64,000 nt of DNA from Eledone cirrhosa. Lineage: Eukaryota. Below are positions 62,964-64,000 of the stretch, piece after piece; positions within the stretch are counted from its first letter, which is position 1, and every line of letters starts with the position of its first letter. The stretch covers positions 19,390-83,389 of the forward strand of contig CAXHJY010000567.1 of assembly GCA_964016885.1 (NCBI GenBank). Reading direction: 5' to 3'. The notes beneath the pieces are model-generated. The model ran no database searches and was not told the DNA's origin. It saw nothing but the letters and a program-made list of their open reading frames with translations. Position numbers and translations under genes: made by a program.

Positions 62964-63379
62964 TAATTAGAAGAGATTTAATTAAGGCATCCAAGATTTC
63001 ACAGTTCAAGCATCACTCATTCATATTGAAACTATGAACATTTCAGCCCAGTCTCGTATCTCAAACTGGCAAATAAAACAATTGGAATCTTCATCGTAGC
63101 AATTGACGGATGTCCTTTCTAAGCCAACGATATATTTTGAATTTCTCTCACTAGATATCGATCTATATTTACTCATGTCTGTATTTGCAATATTTACAAT
63201 TCCTTTGTTCTCATCACTTAGGCTGATTATTTTATATATGCATATATACAGGATGCCGCCAAAAAAAATGTATATATAGCAACAGCTTTCTAATAAATGT
63301 GTATATGTTTTTTTGGGGACAACCTGTATCTATAATAAATATAATATATAAATATGAATATGAAACTATATATATATAA

Positions 63380-63415
<36 letters not shown>

Positions 63416-63509
63416 GCATGCATGCATACTTACCAATGAATGTGCATATGTATCGGTTATATATATAAATGCATAGATACTTATCAATATATGGATATAT
63501 ACATGGGTA

Positions 63510-63784
63510 CATGTATATTATATATATATATATGTGTGTATATATATATATATATATGTGTGTGTATATATATATATGTGTGTGTATATATATATATATG
63601 TGTGTATATATATATATGTGTGTATATATATATATGTGTGTATATATATATATGTGTGTATATATATATATGTGTGTATATATATATATGTGTGTATATA
63701 TATATATGTGTGTATATATATATATGTGTGTATATATATATATGTGTGTATATATATATATGTGTGTATATATATATATGTGTG

Positions 63785-63833
<49 letters not shown>

Positions 63834-64000
63834 GTGTATATATATATATATGTGTATATATATATGTGTATATAAATATATATGTGTATATATATATATG
63901 TGTATATAAATATATATGTGTATATATATATATGTGTATATAAATATATATATGTGTATATATATATGTGTATATATATGTGTATATATATATATATGTG
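63510..64000. repeat. (TATATATATATATGTGTG)n 18-bp compound microsatellite
   Basis: Regular higher-order TA/TG unit. Confidence 0.93.

Overview
AT-rich, repeat-saturated animal DNA, most likely octopus (huge (TA)n/(TATG)n tracts, many tRNA-derived SINEs). Nearly all ORFs in the supplied track are microsatellite artefacts, and I see no intact protein-coding gene. Recognisable items: two tRNA-SINE families (one in tandem arrays), RTE and CRE-like LINE fragments, a Chapaev3-like DNA transposon with both ends and TTA TSDs, Tc1/mariner-type MITEs and an orphan MAK16 C-terminal fragment. There are also probable decayed exons of a minus-strand lectin/mucin/SEA-type gene and a plus-strand EGF-repeat gene. 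The main finding is about 14 complete or near-complete type-I hammerhead ribozyme motifs plus several half motifs. They fall into about 8 short non-coding families, mostly embedded in (TA)n tracts, with inverted or tandem terminal copies typical of non-autonomous Penelope-like elements or retrozymes. All folds and homologies were judged by eye; no searches were run.
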